The position numbers were made by a program, and so were the translations under genes. From assembly GCF_001194135.2 (NCBI RefSeq), contig NC_068990.1, positions 32,647,900 to 32,711,899 of the forward strand: a DNA stretch of 64,000 nucleotides, read 5' to 3'. The DNA comes from Octopus bimaculoides (lineage: Eukaryota). The notes beneath the pieces are model-generated. The model saw only the letters and a list, made by a program, of their open reading frames with translations, did no database searches and had not been told where the DNA came from. Positions 1 through 13,109 of the stretch are shown piece by piece (position 1 is the first letter of the stretch; each line of letters begins with the position of its first letter).

Positions 1-27
1 GCATGTAGATAAACATTATTTGATATA

Positions 28-30
28 GAC

Positions 31-67
<37 letters not shown>

Positions 68-70
68 GAG
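28..70. repeat. (AG)n microsatellite
   Basis: Near-perfect AG dinucleotide run. Confidence 0.95.
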
Positions 71-327
71 AATCTCTTCATACAGGAATAGGTTCACAGA
101 AGGAAGAGAGATTCTAACTCCATGTAACATGTTTTAGGGTGAGATAACATCAGTTAATAACTGGATGGAATCCTTGACAAAGAACAAGAGAAAGAATTTG
201 TTCGAACCTGTGGACATTATTCACTTGATTTAACAAATGTTTTTCTATGACTCAGTGATGGTGTTGCAGCAGCATGGTTTTGGTTATAATAGTAAAGACA
301 AAAGAAAAAACAAAAAGAATATAGAAC

Positions 328-723
328 AGGCGCAGGAGTGGCTGTGTGATAAGTAGCTTGCCTCCCAACCACATGGTTCCGGGTTCAGTCCCTCTGCGTG
401 GCACCTTGGGCAAGTCTTCTACTATAGCCTCGGGCCAATCAAAGCCTTGTGAGTGGATTTGGTAGATGGAAACTGAAAAAAGCCCATCGTATATATATAT
501 ATATATATGTGTGTGTGTTTGTGTGTCTGTGTTTGTCCTCCTACCATCGCTTGACAACCGATGCTGGTGTGTTTACGTCCCTGTAACTTAGCGGTTCGGC
601 AAAAAGTGACTGAGAGAATATGTACTAGGCTTACAAAGAATAAGTCCTGGGGTCGATTTGTTCGACTAAAAGCGGTGCTCCAGCATGGCCACAGTCAAAT
701 GACTGAAACAAGTAAAAGAGTAA
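328..723 (+). mobile_element. SINE family A, full-length bipartite copy (tRNA-like head, central (TA)n/(TG)n, 3' half ending GACTGAAACAAGTAAAAGAG)
   Basis: Head GGCGCAGGAGTGGCTGTGTG...GGTTCAGTCC has pol III A/B-box-like spacing. The same ~400-bp unit recurs many times in the window on both strands. Confidence 0.85.
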
Positions 724-2289
724 CAGAAAGGATAGTAGCCATGACACTTTTCTAGAGTTTCCAAAATAGAAGGAATTTATCTTCAGACCATAGACCTACC
801 TTTGCTACCCAAGTACTAAATGCTAGATTTGAAATGGCTGATGGATTGATCAATGTGTGTGTGTGTGTGTGCGTGTGTATGTGTGTGTGTGTAAGTGAGT
901 GTGTAACTACACAAGTGTATGTGTGGACTAATGATACCGACTGTATGTATTTGATTGAGAGACTGCATGTGAATGTGTGTGCATGTATGCAGACAATTGA
1001 GTGACTGTATGACTGTGTGTATTTGACAGAGTGTAATGACTATGTGCGTGTGTCCCCTATGTTTCTGTGGAATGGTATCAGCGATGAATTCCAATCACCA
1101 ATTGTTACATGGAAATATAAATATTACAGGGAAAATATCCCAGTAGTCTAATTTGAAATTAAATATTTCTTTTGATGCCACTGCTGTTGATAATGATAAA
1201 AATAAAGGTAGAATCGATGGAAGAATTCTGAAAGAAATTCCAGTCATACTCTCTTTTTGCAAACTTATTCTGAGAATTTTGAATTTCTTCCTCATAATTC
1301 TAACAATTTGATTAAAAAAAAAAAATTCTAAAAATACTTAAACAACAAGAACATAATTAACAATATGGGCTGATATACAAATATAATTTTTGATAGCAAA
1401 AATCATTTAAAAGTTCACTTTCCTTTCAATTACTTCTGCTTTTGAAATGTTTATTTTTTTATTGTTTGCATGTGTTGTTTGTTTTTCAGGAGACAATATT
1501 TTTTTATTTACATATATATATATATATATATATTTGTTATAGTTTTTTTTTGTAGATTTATGCTTTATATTGTTTTTATATTGCTTTTCCAATTGTTTAT
1601 ATTTTTTGCTTTAGTTATTTTTCCAGAAGATTCCTTAAAACTACCAATATTTCAGTTCTATTGTTCTGGGGTTTTTAACAGAAATATTCACCTTTATAAT
1701 TTTATCACTGGAGACAATCAAATATGTGTGTATATATGTAAGTTTTTGTGTTTATGTGTGCATGTAAATGCACACATATGCACATATATACATGCATATA
1801 AACACCAAAGATATATAAACACTAGTGTTGACACATTTACAAATATGCACATACATACATACATATATATATTTACACATCAATAAATACACACACATAC
1901 ATATGTACATTTACACATATACATATACACATATTTAAGACATTCTACACAAATACTCTCAGATATTTCTCACCATAGAAATGACAATCTCAATTTTACT
2001 TTCTATTTGATATTGAAAATTTTTCAATTCTCTATTGTGTTGGATTCAATATGTTATCTATATATCTATCTATGTAATACAATGTGTGAATGTGTGCATG
2101 TGTATGTGTGTGTGTTTTAGCATCACAGTTTGCCAAGAATATATATGAGCAGTCATCTAAGTGAAGGGTTATAGCTTCTATGTTGGCACTGTGCTGCATA
2201 CTTAACTCACACAGCACCGATCCATGCAAGTAGGCACCATGATGTATTACCTTTAATTTTCACCTGGATTAAATCCATTATGTTATGTC

Positions 2290-2645
2290 CACCCATTCAT
2301 CCATCCATTCATCTATCCATCCATTCATCTATCCATCTTCACTGCGCATTATTTCTGAGAGGGTCATGGGGTAGAGCCCTCAATCACCTTCTCTGTAAGG
2401 CCCCATGGGGAATAATTGTCATTAGACTTTCTGGATGGACTCCCAGGCATGCTTAACTGAGACTATGGATATTATCCAGCCATATTGTCTTTGGTCTACC
2501 CTAAGTCTCCTGCCAGTTAGCTCAACATAAAGAATCTGTCTTATGATTCTTTCCTGCAACATTCTAATCACATGTCCATAGTACCTGAGCTGTGACTTCT
2601 CAAGGTGGAACAGAAGCAGTCAGACCTGGAGAGACCATCTGATCT
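2290..2645 (-). mobile_element. RTE-clade LINE 3' fragment with (TGGA)n tail
   Basis: Minus strand translates EKSQLRYYGHVIRMLQERIIRQILYVELTGRRLR, matching the RTE C-terminal 'LRWxGHVxRM...GxRxRGRP' motif. A short UTR and the (ATCC)n tract at 2290-2340 follow. Confidence 0.7.
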
Positions 2646-2858
2646 CTGACCTACACACCTTGTTACTAGAATACTAATAGTATTAATTGATTAACTCCTC
2701 CAGTATTTGAACATAAGACTACAAAACGTAAGGTTACCAGATATTCAATCAAGTAATGTATGTCCTCCCTTTCTGTATAGTCTGGGTACACTACATTGTT
2801 CCCCTTTATAATTTACAACTATACTCCCCCCACCCCACACACACTTTGTATAGTCTTG

Positions 2859-3235
2859 TATGAGATGGTATCAAAAAATTTCTGAACTAGTTATGTTTAA
2901 TAAGAAATAACTTATTTACATAAGTTTTAACATCGTCTCATTTGAAATAGTCACCTTGCACTGCAATACACTAGTCCCAACATTTTGGCCATTTTTGGAA
3001 TCCAGTCTGGAAGTTGTTTTCTGTAAGCAAGTTGAGAACCCTCAGAAATTCACTCATGATCTCGACTATGATGTTAAAATGGTGACCTCTGCGCTGTGTT
3101 TTCATCTTCGAGAAGAGATGGAAGTCCGCAAATTGACAATTGTGGCAAGTCCTCCGGATTGCTCATCTTCCAGGGAGGTTCTTCCACTTTTGAAGTGCCT
3201 ATGCCACTTGAAACATTGCCTCATCACTGTAAGCT
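2859..3235 (-). mobile_element. Internally deleted mariner remnant
   Basis: TA plus TIR-like TGAGATGGTATCAAAAAATTTC at 2859. Minus strand gives an N-terminal HTH piece (RQCFKWHRHFKSGRTSLEDE) directly followed by the C-terminus (ADFHLFSKMKTQRRGHHFN...FQKWPKCWD*CIAVQGDYFK). Confidence 0.8.
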
Positions 3236-3254
3236 TGCCAAAGCAGGCTCAATA

Positions 3255-3475
3255 TCTTTGTGGCAGAAAGGTGGAAACGTTAGCATGCCGGGCAAAATGC
3301 TTAGCGATATTTCACCCGTCACTACGTTCTGAGTTCAAATTCTGCCAAGGTCAACTTTGCCTTTCATCCTTTCAGGGTAGATAAATTAAGTACCAGTTGC
3401 ATACTGGAGTCTATCTAATCAACTGGCCTCCTCTCCCAAAATTTCGGGCCTTGTGCCTAGAGTAGAAAAGTAAAA
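3255..3475 (+). mobile_element. SINE family B copy
   Basis: GGCAGAA..GTTAGCATGCCGGGCAAAATGCTTAG...GAGTTCAAATTCTGCC...TTTGCCTTTCATCCTTTC...GGCCTTGTGCC; more than 10 homologous copies in the window. Confidence 0.85.
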
Positions 3476-3721
3476 AAGAATATCTTTGTTGCAGACTGCC
3501 TAAGTTTAATGCAAAATTTCACATTGGCTTTTTATTCCAGTTCCCTGTCCATAACAAAAATCACAGAAAACACAAATTTTACAACTTGCAATGGAAACAC
3601 AGTGATGCCACTCAGCACCATGTCTCACGAAGATATTGCTAACTCTCACTGTGCATGCAATCATGTGCTACCATGTGTTGGAACACTACAGAACTAGTCC
3701 AGGAACTTTTTTTATGCCACC

Positions 3722-4200
3722 TTGTACTTTACCGCTTCCTCACTGTATAACCTCGTACCCTACCTCCTTCTCTTCTGTATAATGAGGTACTCTGTGTCCT
3801 ATTCCCAGTATAGTCTTGTGCCTTAATTCCTAAGCCTATATAGTCTTGTACCCTACTTCTATGCCTCTCTCTACATAGTTTGGTACTATATCTCCTCCCC
3901 TCTGAATAGTCTGGTATACAGTCTCCTTTCTCCTGTTTAGTCTAGTACTCTATCTCCTCCTCTCTTTATACAGACTGGTATTCTATCTCCATTCCCTTCT
4001 GTATAGTATGGTACTGTATCCCCTCCCCCTGTATCATCTATCACTTTACTTCTTCTCTCTGTTATAGTCTATCACTACTTTTTTTTTCTTCTATACAATC
4101 TGTTTCTATATATCTGTTTTTACCTCCTCCATCTCTCTTACAGTCTGGCACTGTACCTTCTCTTGTTCTATATACACCTCACTTCCCTCTGTATAATTTA
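3722..4200. repeat. Degenerate ~30-33 bp tandem array (core CTGTATAGTCTGGTACT + pyrimidine tract)
   Basis: Recurrent 'tatagtct(t/g)gtac' cores at roughly 30-bp spacing; a related stretch lies at about 2760-2858. Confidence 0.6.
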
Positions 4201-5437
4201 ATGTTTTTATAACTTAGCTGCTTAGTTTCAACTATAGTTTTAAAAGAGAAGGTGGGATAAAAAATATTTTCTCCCCTGAGGTCAATAAATAGGTCAAATG
4301 ACACATAAGTTGATAACTTTCAATTTAAAATATTCTAGAAATTGAATTTATTACAGTAACATGAAATAATTGACATAAATTAATTAGTTCGTTTCATTGA
4401 TGAACATTGTTATTAGAGAGAAAATGAGGTGAAATTATAATTAAAGTAGAAAATGTGAAATCATTACAATTAGAACATCTAAATGAGTCCTCAACTATTG
4501 GGATTTATGTTGATGGAGATAAAAAAATACTGAGGTTTACGTTAAGGCTTTTTGAATTAACAGCAAAATCTACATGACTCAGCTAAGATTCCTAACTTCT
4601 TCATCAGAAACATTCCTTGACCAATCTGTAAAATCTGAGGAAGATTATCTTTATCTTTTAGATTATCTTTATCTTTTAGTAGTCTATATATTTTACCTTG
4701 GATAAATTTTTAAAAAAAATTATGTAATTTACTTAAATATGAAAATCATGCATCTTTAGATTTACAATTGAAAGAAAAATAATTCCATTTTGATACAAAA
4801 ATCAAGCATGCTGGCTGTTGTTCTTTGAAGACATATAAAGTAATGTCTGTCAGTCTTTTTGGCAACTTATTTACCATTCACATATTATTACTATAGAGGT
4901 ATGATAGAAAGGATTAGTCTACTTATAGATTAGGAGTTCTAATCAATTGTAAATATTTTGATGAGTTTCTATACAGAACTTATTAATCTGCATTGCCACT
5001 CTGTTGGAAGTAAATTTCAGAACAATGTAGGGAATATTACTGGTGACAGACTGACATCATAAGTGGTCTGTGAGACAATGGTTATTATGTAATGTTGCTT
5101 GTGTCTTTGGTCTTTGACTGTCAGCTGAAAGGTATGTTGTTGTTATACTGTTGTGTATGTTTGAATATTTAGTAACATCACCACTCTTGGATGGATGTCT
5201 TACCAAGCAATATCTTTGTCTTAGGTTACTTCTGAAATATTCCACATAGGTCAAATTATATGTAAATACTGCTAAAAGCTTAAAGAAAATTACACGAGTT
5301 GATGTTTTACTTTAGTCTTATGAAATGAAGATAACTCTTCTTCTTGAGGAATATTTACCATATTCACATATAATTGAACTTAAAACTTTCAAAATACTTG
5401 GAAATTATATACAGTAACTAGATGACCTGAAGCAGAC

Positions 5438-5670
5438 ATGAAGATCAGGAAAGCACAAGCATGGACAGCCTGTCACAAACTAAAGAAAGTCTGGAACTCC
5501 AGATTGCCCAGGCAAATTAAAAACAAGCTATTCATTGCAACTGTCAAATCAGAGCTATTACATGGAAGTGAAACATGGATGCTGACAAAGAAATTATAAA
5601 ACAGATTAAATGGCTGCAACATGTGGATGTTATGAGTGGCTCTAAATGTGAAATGGCAGCAACATATGCC
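5438..5670 (+). mobile_element. Decayed RTE/RTEX-type LINE fragment (post-RT region)
   Basis: MKIRKAQAWTACHKLKKVWNSRLPRQIKNKLFIATVKSELLHGSETWMLTKKL*NRLNGCNMWML*VALNVKWQQHM contains the 'L(Y/H)GSETW' RTE motif. Confidence 0.8.
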
Positions 5671-5817
5671 TTTTTTATATGTGCATAAAAAGAAGGAAAC
5701 ATCACATATTTATACCTCACACATCTAGCTGTCTCAGGAAGTATTACTGTCTTGAAATGTCTCAGTAGCATAAACCTCACAAGGAATCCAAACTGGGGAG
5801 ATTAAACATCAAAGTAA

Positions 5818-6010
5818 TATTGCTTTCAGGTTTTGGCACAGGTATAGAAATTTCATGGAAGGGATAGGTCGATTAGATCGACCCCAGTGCTCAAATGGTA
5901 CTTATTTTATCGAATCCAAAAGGATGAAAGGCAAAGTTGACCTTGGCAGAATTTGAACTCAGAATGTAAAGATGGATGAAATGCCACTAAGCATTTTGCC
6001 TGGCATGCCT
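5818..6010 (-). mobile_element. SINE family B copy
   Basis: Reverse complement of the family B body and head (GGATGAAAGGCAAAGTTGACCTTGGCAGAATTTGAACTC). Confidence 0.8.
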
Positions 6011-7114
6011 TAAACATCAAGGTAATATTATTCATGGATATGGATTTTCAAACATCATATTTTTATAGAATAAACATAAACATCTGTTTTGCTGGTTCCA
6101 ACCAGTAGATTGTGGTCATGTTGAAGCACCATAATTTCTGAGACTTAAAGTAAGGAATACTAGATGTTGTAAATAATAATTTCAATGTGTTTCTACATTG
6201 TGCTAGGTGCAATGTTAAGACATAACACATATATTTAAATTAATTACAAGAAAATACAACACATTTTATAATCGATTTACGCATAGCACAAAAATTTTCT
6301 TATTTTATATAAAAAGTTATGCCCAAAACTCGTACAGAATACAAAATGACCAGAATTAGTGACTAAGCGAGGCTGTCAAGTCAATGAGATCTAATTCCAG
6401 AATTTGGTTAAAAGTTATGATAGGAACCATAAATTATGGAAATATGATATTACAAATGACTTGGCATTTTCAAATTATTTCTCAGAAATGAAAGAAAGAA
6501 AAAAAAAACAAAACATGCCAGTAAAGTATAGACATCACAAAACCAATTCTTCAAAACAAATGAGAACCAACCATTTTAAAGGAGTTAACACATACTTCCA
6601 TTTCCTTTAATGATTTCGTTTTATCATCATCTCTCTCTTTGTTTGCTATCTTTCCCCTTTATCTTGTTAGATAATTACAAGATATTAACAAGGAAGGTCG
6701 TTGTGTGCTAGACATATTAGGCACCTTCAGGTACAGCTGTAAATTTCACACAAAGGTTAACTTTTGATCATCTTGCTGAAATAACGATTAAGTTAATCAC
6801 CTTTATGTAAAGCTCTTCTGATAGCAACTACTCTAATTGTACTGTCTAATTTGTTGAGTTTCACCGCTTTCTTATTCTTGTATGTTTAGTTTTTGTTCCA
6901 CATCCTTCTTTCAATTAACGGTTTGAAGAATTAAATTCCTTTCTTTTGAAAACAGCAAACAGTAGAGTTGCTTAAGATCTTTACATCTTTGGCAAAATTA
7001 ATTTTTATCAATTGGAAATATTAATTTTGATTAAAACCCAATGATTAGCCTTAATGTTGCATGTGTGTCCCTGTGTATGTGTGCATCTATGTGCATTCAT
7101 TGAGTGTATGTATT

Positions 7115-7157
<43 letters not shown>

Positions 7158-10055
7158 TTGTGTATGAATACATGTGTGTATGTGTGTATGAATGCTTGTA
7201 TGCCGTTGTGTATCTGTGCATATATGTGTGTGTATGCATGCCTGTATGTACGTATGTTTATGTATGGGTATACATCTTCGAGTGAGTGTAAATTATGTTT
7301 GACATACTCTAATGTGTGAGTAACTATGTATTGTGTGGAAATGTATTAAACCAATGTGTGTATGTGTGTATGAGTGTAAGCAGAAAGCTTTGCATGTGCT
7401 AATACATAGGCATGTTTCTCACGTATCCTTGTGTACATGTGACTTTATGTAGACATGTTCCCCTGTGTACAGGCAGGTGCCTGTATGTCTTTGTAGTGGG
7501 GAATGATCTGACATGTGAATTAAGGTTTTTTTTTATTTACTTTAAGTGTGTGCATGCATACACACACACACACACATACATGTGTCTGTTGTGTGTATAT
7601 GTTTCAATACATTTGGTTTTGTTCACTGATTGAAGATAATTTGCCTCAATTGTATCATGAATGCACTTAAGAAAGGCATAAACGTCACAAAACTTTATTC
7701 ATCACCCCCTTTCAATGTGGGTTTAATATTGGGTATTCTTGATGTCATAGGAGATCAACAGAAAAGAAAATATCTTACCTAAAACAAGGGAGAGAAACTT
7801 GCTTCATTTGACTGGTAGACAACTAATGTTATTTCTTACAATGAATGTGAGCTAGGTGTAACTCTAAATATATATATATCTAATACCTTCTAACAGGTAT
7901 CTGTATTAGCATGCACACATGCAGAAAGGCATCTATATTGCTATTTAGCTTAGAAAATTATATTTTATTTCACAAACAAAATCTAGCTGTAATTTTTAAG
8001 TAATTAACTAGACATAGATATTGCATGTCAATTATTCATATTCAGTAAGATAGAATTCCTTTTAAAATCAGGAACAGCTTTTTTCAGTCTTTACCACATC
8101 TCTGTGAAAGAATATTGCCCTGTCTTTCTCAGAAACATGTACATTTTCTCTGTTTTACATGAACAATTATTTGTTTTACCAATTAAGCAGTATAAATTCA
8201 ACGCAAAGCATAGCCAATAGGTGAAAATGGTGAAGATGGGGATAATGAAGACGACGATGATGATTATGATGATGATGATGATTTCATCTTATTGGCTAAG
8301 TTTCCAAAAAATGTTCATTGATTCTGATAGATACAGTCTCAACATTACCAAACAATCACAAAAAATTTCTTTTCTTCCAATAAGCATAACTTATTATTAT
8401 TCTAAACTTTCTTAGATTAATTAAAAGTGTATGAAATATTTTAACAGTGAAACACAATGTTTATATTTTGTTAATTGAAATAATTGGAGGTTTCGAAGTC
8501 TAATTGATTAATGTGTTGGAAATATAAATAAATTTTATAAAATTGGCAATAATGTTATCAAATTCTTTTTAATACTGAAAATTTTACTTTCATATATTTT
8601 CACTTAGGTTAGATAATTTTAAATGTACCTGCAAATGCCTTAAGCACATTTTACTCTATATTTGTGCAGAAAACACCTGTCATATTCAATACTAGATTCA
8701 GCCTTGTGTTATAACTACCATGTTAATATCATTCCATCACATCCCACTAAAAAGACTTTCTCATGATATAAAATCTTTATTTCATTATGAACAAGGATCC
8801 GACATATACCATTTTCTTTTTGTTACACCAAACTGTGCTTCAGTTTGGCAATATTCTATACAGCGCCATAATTTCTAATATGATCATCATGATTTGGAAT
8901 GTCTAATAACCAAGGGAGGTATTTCTGCAGGGTCAAAATCTGATAATTTTAAATGTAGCGTCTTTGTAACTGACCAACATGCACTGCCAGAGGCAATTTG
9001 TTTCCAGCGAGAAGGCTGGATAATATATTAATTCTTGTAAAATGGAGGTAATGAAGAGCAATGCTGGAGACATAACCTATGTGTCAGTAATGATTAACTC
9101 TAAGTTATGGATAAGTTCTCCTACTTTTGACCTAACCTTCAGCTCTCACTGTAAGTACATGTGATTAATAGAAAACCTCAGAATTATACTACAATTAGAA
9201 ATTGGCCAATAACATAAACGAATTTCAAAAGCCATTTATATAAAATTTTAATTAAAATATAAAAATAGTTTTGGAAATAACAAGATGGTTTTTAATGAAA
9301 AACAGTTAATATAGATTAATTTTACATATTCTTATTAAAAAAATTATAATGAATGGCGACAGGTTTTTTCATTAGTATGCTATTTAATTTTGTGTGTGTG
9401 TAAACATAACCAGTGTTGTTGTACAGGTTGTTAATGAGATCATATATAATGGAGAACTTTAACGTTTCCTTAGGCTAGATATGAGTCACATGTATTCTCA
9501 GTCAGGCGTACACACCTTGTAAATGTTTAGTTACAGAATACAATGTCAAAAAGTAATTAGAATCTAATTTAATGTTACACTACTCAACAGCTAACATCCT
9601 ATTTAGCCAATAAACTTGGATTTTATAAACCAAAACAAAATTCACAGCAAAACCAAACTGTTGTTATTTAACCCTAGGTCAGTTTTGGTCTAGAAGACTC
9701 ATGATCAAGATGAATCACTTGTGGACCTCCCCATTCTTTTGTCAGACATAGTGTAGCTAGTCTGTATGTGTTACATGCTGCAATATGCACTCCCTTTTTT
9801 AGGCTGTTACTTCTAGAAGGTCAAGCAACCACTAAAAGGCTCCTTCATTAACTTATTTACAAAATGAATTATGTCTGTAAGGGAAATCTATAATTGGTTT
9901 GCTTAATTTCACTAAATTTGGTTGAACAATGGTTATTCTGTCAATGATTTCAAAGCATAGAATATTTTTGCTGTGAGGTTAAATTGAACTATTACAATGG
10001 GGTTCATATTATAGCCACTGTTGCATGTCCCAATGTCACATAAATCAGTTTACTC

Positions 10056-10382
10056 CAATGGCTCAGTGGTAAGAGCACTGGGCTCACAATCATGAAGTAG
10101 TGAGTTTGGTTCCCAGATTAGACTGTGTGTTGTGTTCTTGAACAAAACACTTTATTTCAGATTGCTCCAGTTCACTCAGCTGTAGAAATGAGTTTTGAGG
10201 TCACTGGTGCCAAGCTGTATCGGTCTTTGCCCCATGGGTAACATCGATGGTGTGGAGAGAGGAGGCTGGTATGTGTGAGTGACTGGTGGTCTTCTATAAA
10301 CAACCTTGCCCAGACTTGTGTCTCTGAGGGGAACTTTCTAGGCGCAACCCCATGGTCATTCATGACTGAAGGAGGTCTTTAC
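10056..10382 (+). mobile_element. SINE family C copy
   Basis: tRNA-like head TGGCTCAGTGGTAAGAGCACTGGGCTCACAATC; homologous along its length to about 54405-54745. Confidence 0.8.
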
Positions 10383-11929
10383 TCATTATTTACCAAAGCT
10401 CCCTCATCACAAGACCAAAGAAAGGAACAGAATTCAATTATTTGATTCTAGAATATTGTTTTTCTGGATAAAACTAACTCTTGTAAAATTTGAACTCGTA
10501 GCAAAGGAAGTGGAAGTAAAAAAGTACAAAGAATTTAGCTGGAACTTTACAGTTGCCACTTTTTTTCACTGCTGAGGCTGACTCACAGTTAACTAAACTG
10601 ATAATGTTACACCATCATGATGGTGTATATGATATCAATGATAGTGTCTGTATAATCAGTGTGTGTGTGTGTATGGGGGGCATCATCATCATTATTTAAC
10701 AGCATTGGTTGGGTGGTTTGACAAGAGCTGGCAAGCCAGAGGAGCTGCTCCAGTAGCTGAGACATTTTTTGCTGTCTTTGTTCTTGTATTTGTTAATAGT
10801 TGTCATGAGGAGGTACAGCTGATCACCGTAAGCAGTGAAAGCACTGAATCATTAACAAGCATTTTATTAGTTCATTATTGTGAATTTAATATACCCTATG
10901 ACTTGAATCTATAATGAAATAAAACATCTTACTGTAGTTCATTTTTAACCAATTCCATCACCATAAAATGTTGATTAGATATCAACTATACAAGCAACCT
11001 TAATAACAACAACAATAACAATAATAATGATATTTTCTTTTAATACAAGACAACTGTTTTTCTTTTTATTTAAGTAAGTGTATATAATTAATTGAATTAA
11101 CAACCGTATTCATTGCTACTTATTTCATTGAGCCTAGAGAGTTAGGTGATAAATCAACCACAGTAGAGTTTCAAATCAGAATATTGATTGATGAGATTAA
11201 ATACTGTAAGGCATTCAAGTACTCTGTTGCTTTTGTTGACTTATTGATGATGATGATGATGATGATAACAACAGTGAGGATGATGATATTTCCAAAAGTA
11301 ATTATCAAGCAAATGGAAATTGATATAATTGATATGAGGAAATAGAGGAAATTTGAAGACCTCGATATTTAAAAATAAAATAAACAAAATTGATAAATCG
11401 TGTGTGTGTAATTAAATCAAAGAATATAGGGATAAGGTTGGAAATCTACTTTGTTGCTAATGTCACTTTTGTAATTTATTTTAGCAGGAATTTCTATAGA
11501 CAGATGAAATATGACTGGAATTATGTGAAATATGAGGTGACAGTGAATTACATAGTGAAATGCTATCTTTGGGTTTTGATGATTTCTTCATTTAAAGAAC
11601 AAGTAATATGACATTAGTTAGCTAAACAGAGATGGGAGTTGGAAGGAAAGAAAGAGGAATTTATGCCAGATAAAGAAGGGGATTAATTTCTAGCATATAG
11701 GATCGAATCTCAGACTGAAAATAATATATAGTTAGAATTACCAAAGAATGTTAGATTAAAAGAGTGATATCTTGTTTTAAAGATATTACAATGTCTACAC
11801 TGTAAGTTGATAGTGTTATTGTAAAAAGAATAAGATTGTGTTTCTGTCAATTTTACAGGAAATGTCCATGTTTATTAGAGATGATATTAACTGGGTTGTC
11901 AGATTATCAACAAAATACCTGAAGAATCA

Positions 11930-12360
11930 ATAGTTCACATCCCATGTCTTCCAGAAAATACAACTTTCAATGATTTATAGAATCCCCATCAACTGTGAAG
12001 ACCTGCAGAGATCTGTGTTATGAAGAGTTAATGCCGTAGAAAGAGACAATAGAGAGAAAAAGATCTAATATTTTTGGTTAAAGTTTTTATAAGAGCATGA
12101 AAAAATCTTACTTTGAAACATTAAGATTTCTTTTCTTTACAGAGCAAACCAACACATTTCAATTCTGACTTGTCAAAGTCAAACCTGGTTAGCAGTAACT
12201 TACATAACTGGAAGAAGAGATACAGTTTACTGCTGTAAGTAAAAACTGGTACCATATACTTGACATAGGATGTGTTTGTGTCATTCAAGGAAGTATTGTC
12301 TCTCAACTCCTGCATACTTTGAAGATTAAAACCAGTTTTGTCAAAATTCCAATATAGGTA
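11930..12360 (+). mobile_element. Possible ancient RTE-like reverse transcriptase fragment
   Basis: Frameshifted peptides IPEESIVHIPCLPENTTFNDL ... KPVLSKFQYR are spaced about like the RTE pre-RT linker to 'SQxGFR' segment. Very degenerate. Confidence 0.3.
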
Positions 12361-12378
12361 GATGATGAAATGAAAATT

Positions 12379-12530
12379 AGTGGCTGTGTGGTAAGTAGCT
12401 TGCTTACCAGCTACATGGTTCCTGGTTCAGTCCCACTGTGTGGTATCTTGAGCAAGTGTCTTCTATTATAGCCTTGGGCTGACCAAAGCCTTGTGAGTGG
12501 ATTTGGTAGGCAGAAACTGAAAGAAGCATG

Positions 12531-12591
<61 letters not shown>

Positions 12592-12821
12592 TGTATGTAT
12601 GTATGTATGTATATGTTCTGTCTTTGTGTGTTTGTCCCCCCACTACCGCTTGACTACTGATGTTAGTGTGTTAACATTCCTGTAACTTATAAGTTCGGCA
12701 ATAGAGACCGATAGAATAAGTACTAGGCTTACAAAGAATAAGTCCTGGGGTCGATTTGTTTGACTAAAGGCGGTGCTCCAGCATGGCTACAGTCAAATGA
12801 CTGAAACAAGTAAAAGAATAA
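12379..12821 (+). mobile_element. SINE family A copy with expanded (TA)n(TATG)n centre
   Basis: Homologous to 328-723. Confidence 0.85.
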
Positions 12822-13109
12822 ATGAAAAGGAATACAGAATTAGTCATTTGCCATATTAAAAGGTTCATGGAAATGCAGCAGGGAATAGTTGTATTTATCT
12901 GTGCTTTAATGTGGCATTAAATGGACAAAAGACCAAGCTTTCCTATGAATATTGGTCTACCACAGATTAATTCTCGATTGCTACAGAGGGAATTCACAGT
13001 GTAGCAATATTTCTAATTAATTATATTACTTTACTGAATAAACACTTAACCCAAACTGAGTTAAATGTAATGTCTCTCATGTACTAACATTCTTCACAGA
13101 TCACTTCCC

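Noticed and set aside
328-420. tRNA-like sequence at SINE heads (also 10056 and 42202)
   Set aside because: Only A/B-box-like motifs; no complete cloverleaf, and each continues into a SINE body.
5057-5254. 65-aa minus-strand ORF (YVEYFRSNLRQRYCLVRHPSK…)
   Set aside because: No recognisable motif, non-ATG start and weak splice context.
9130-9156. 8-nt micro-exon-like CTAAC…CAG|CTCTCACT|GTAAGT
   Set aside because: The branch point is too close to the AG and the length is not frame-preserving; no supporting context.
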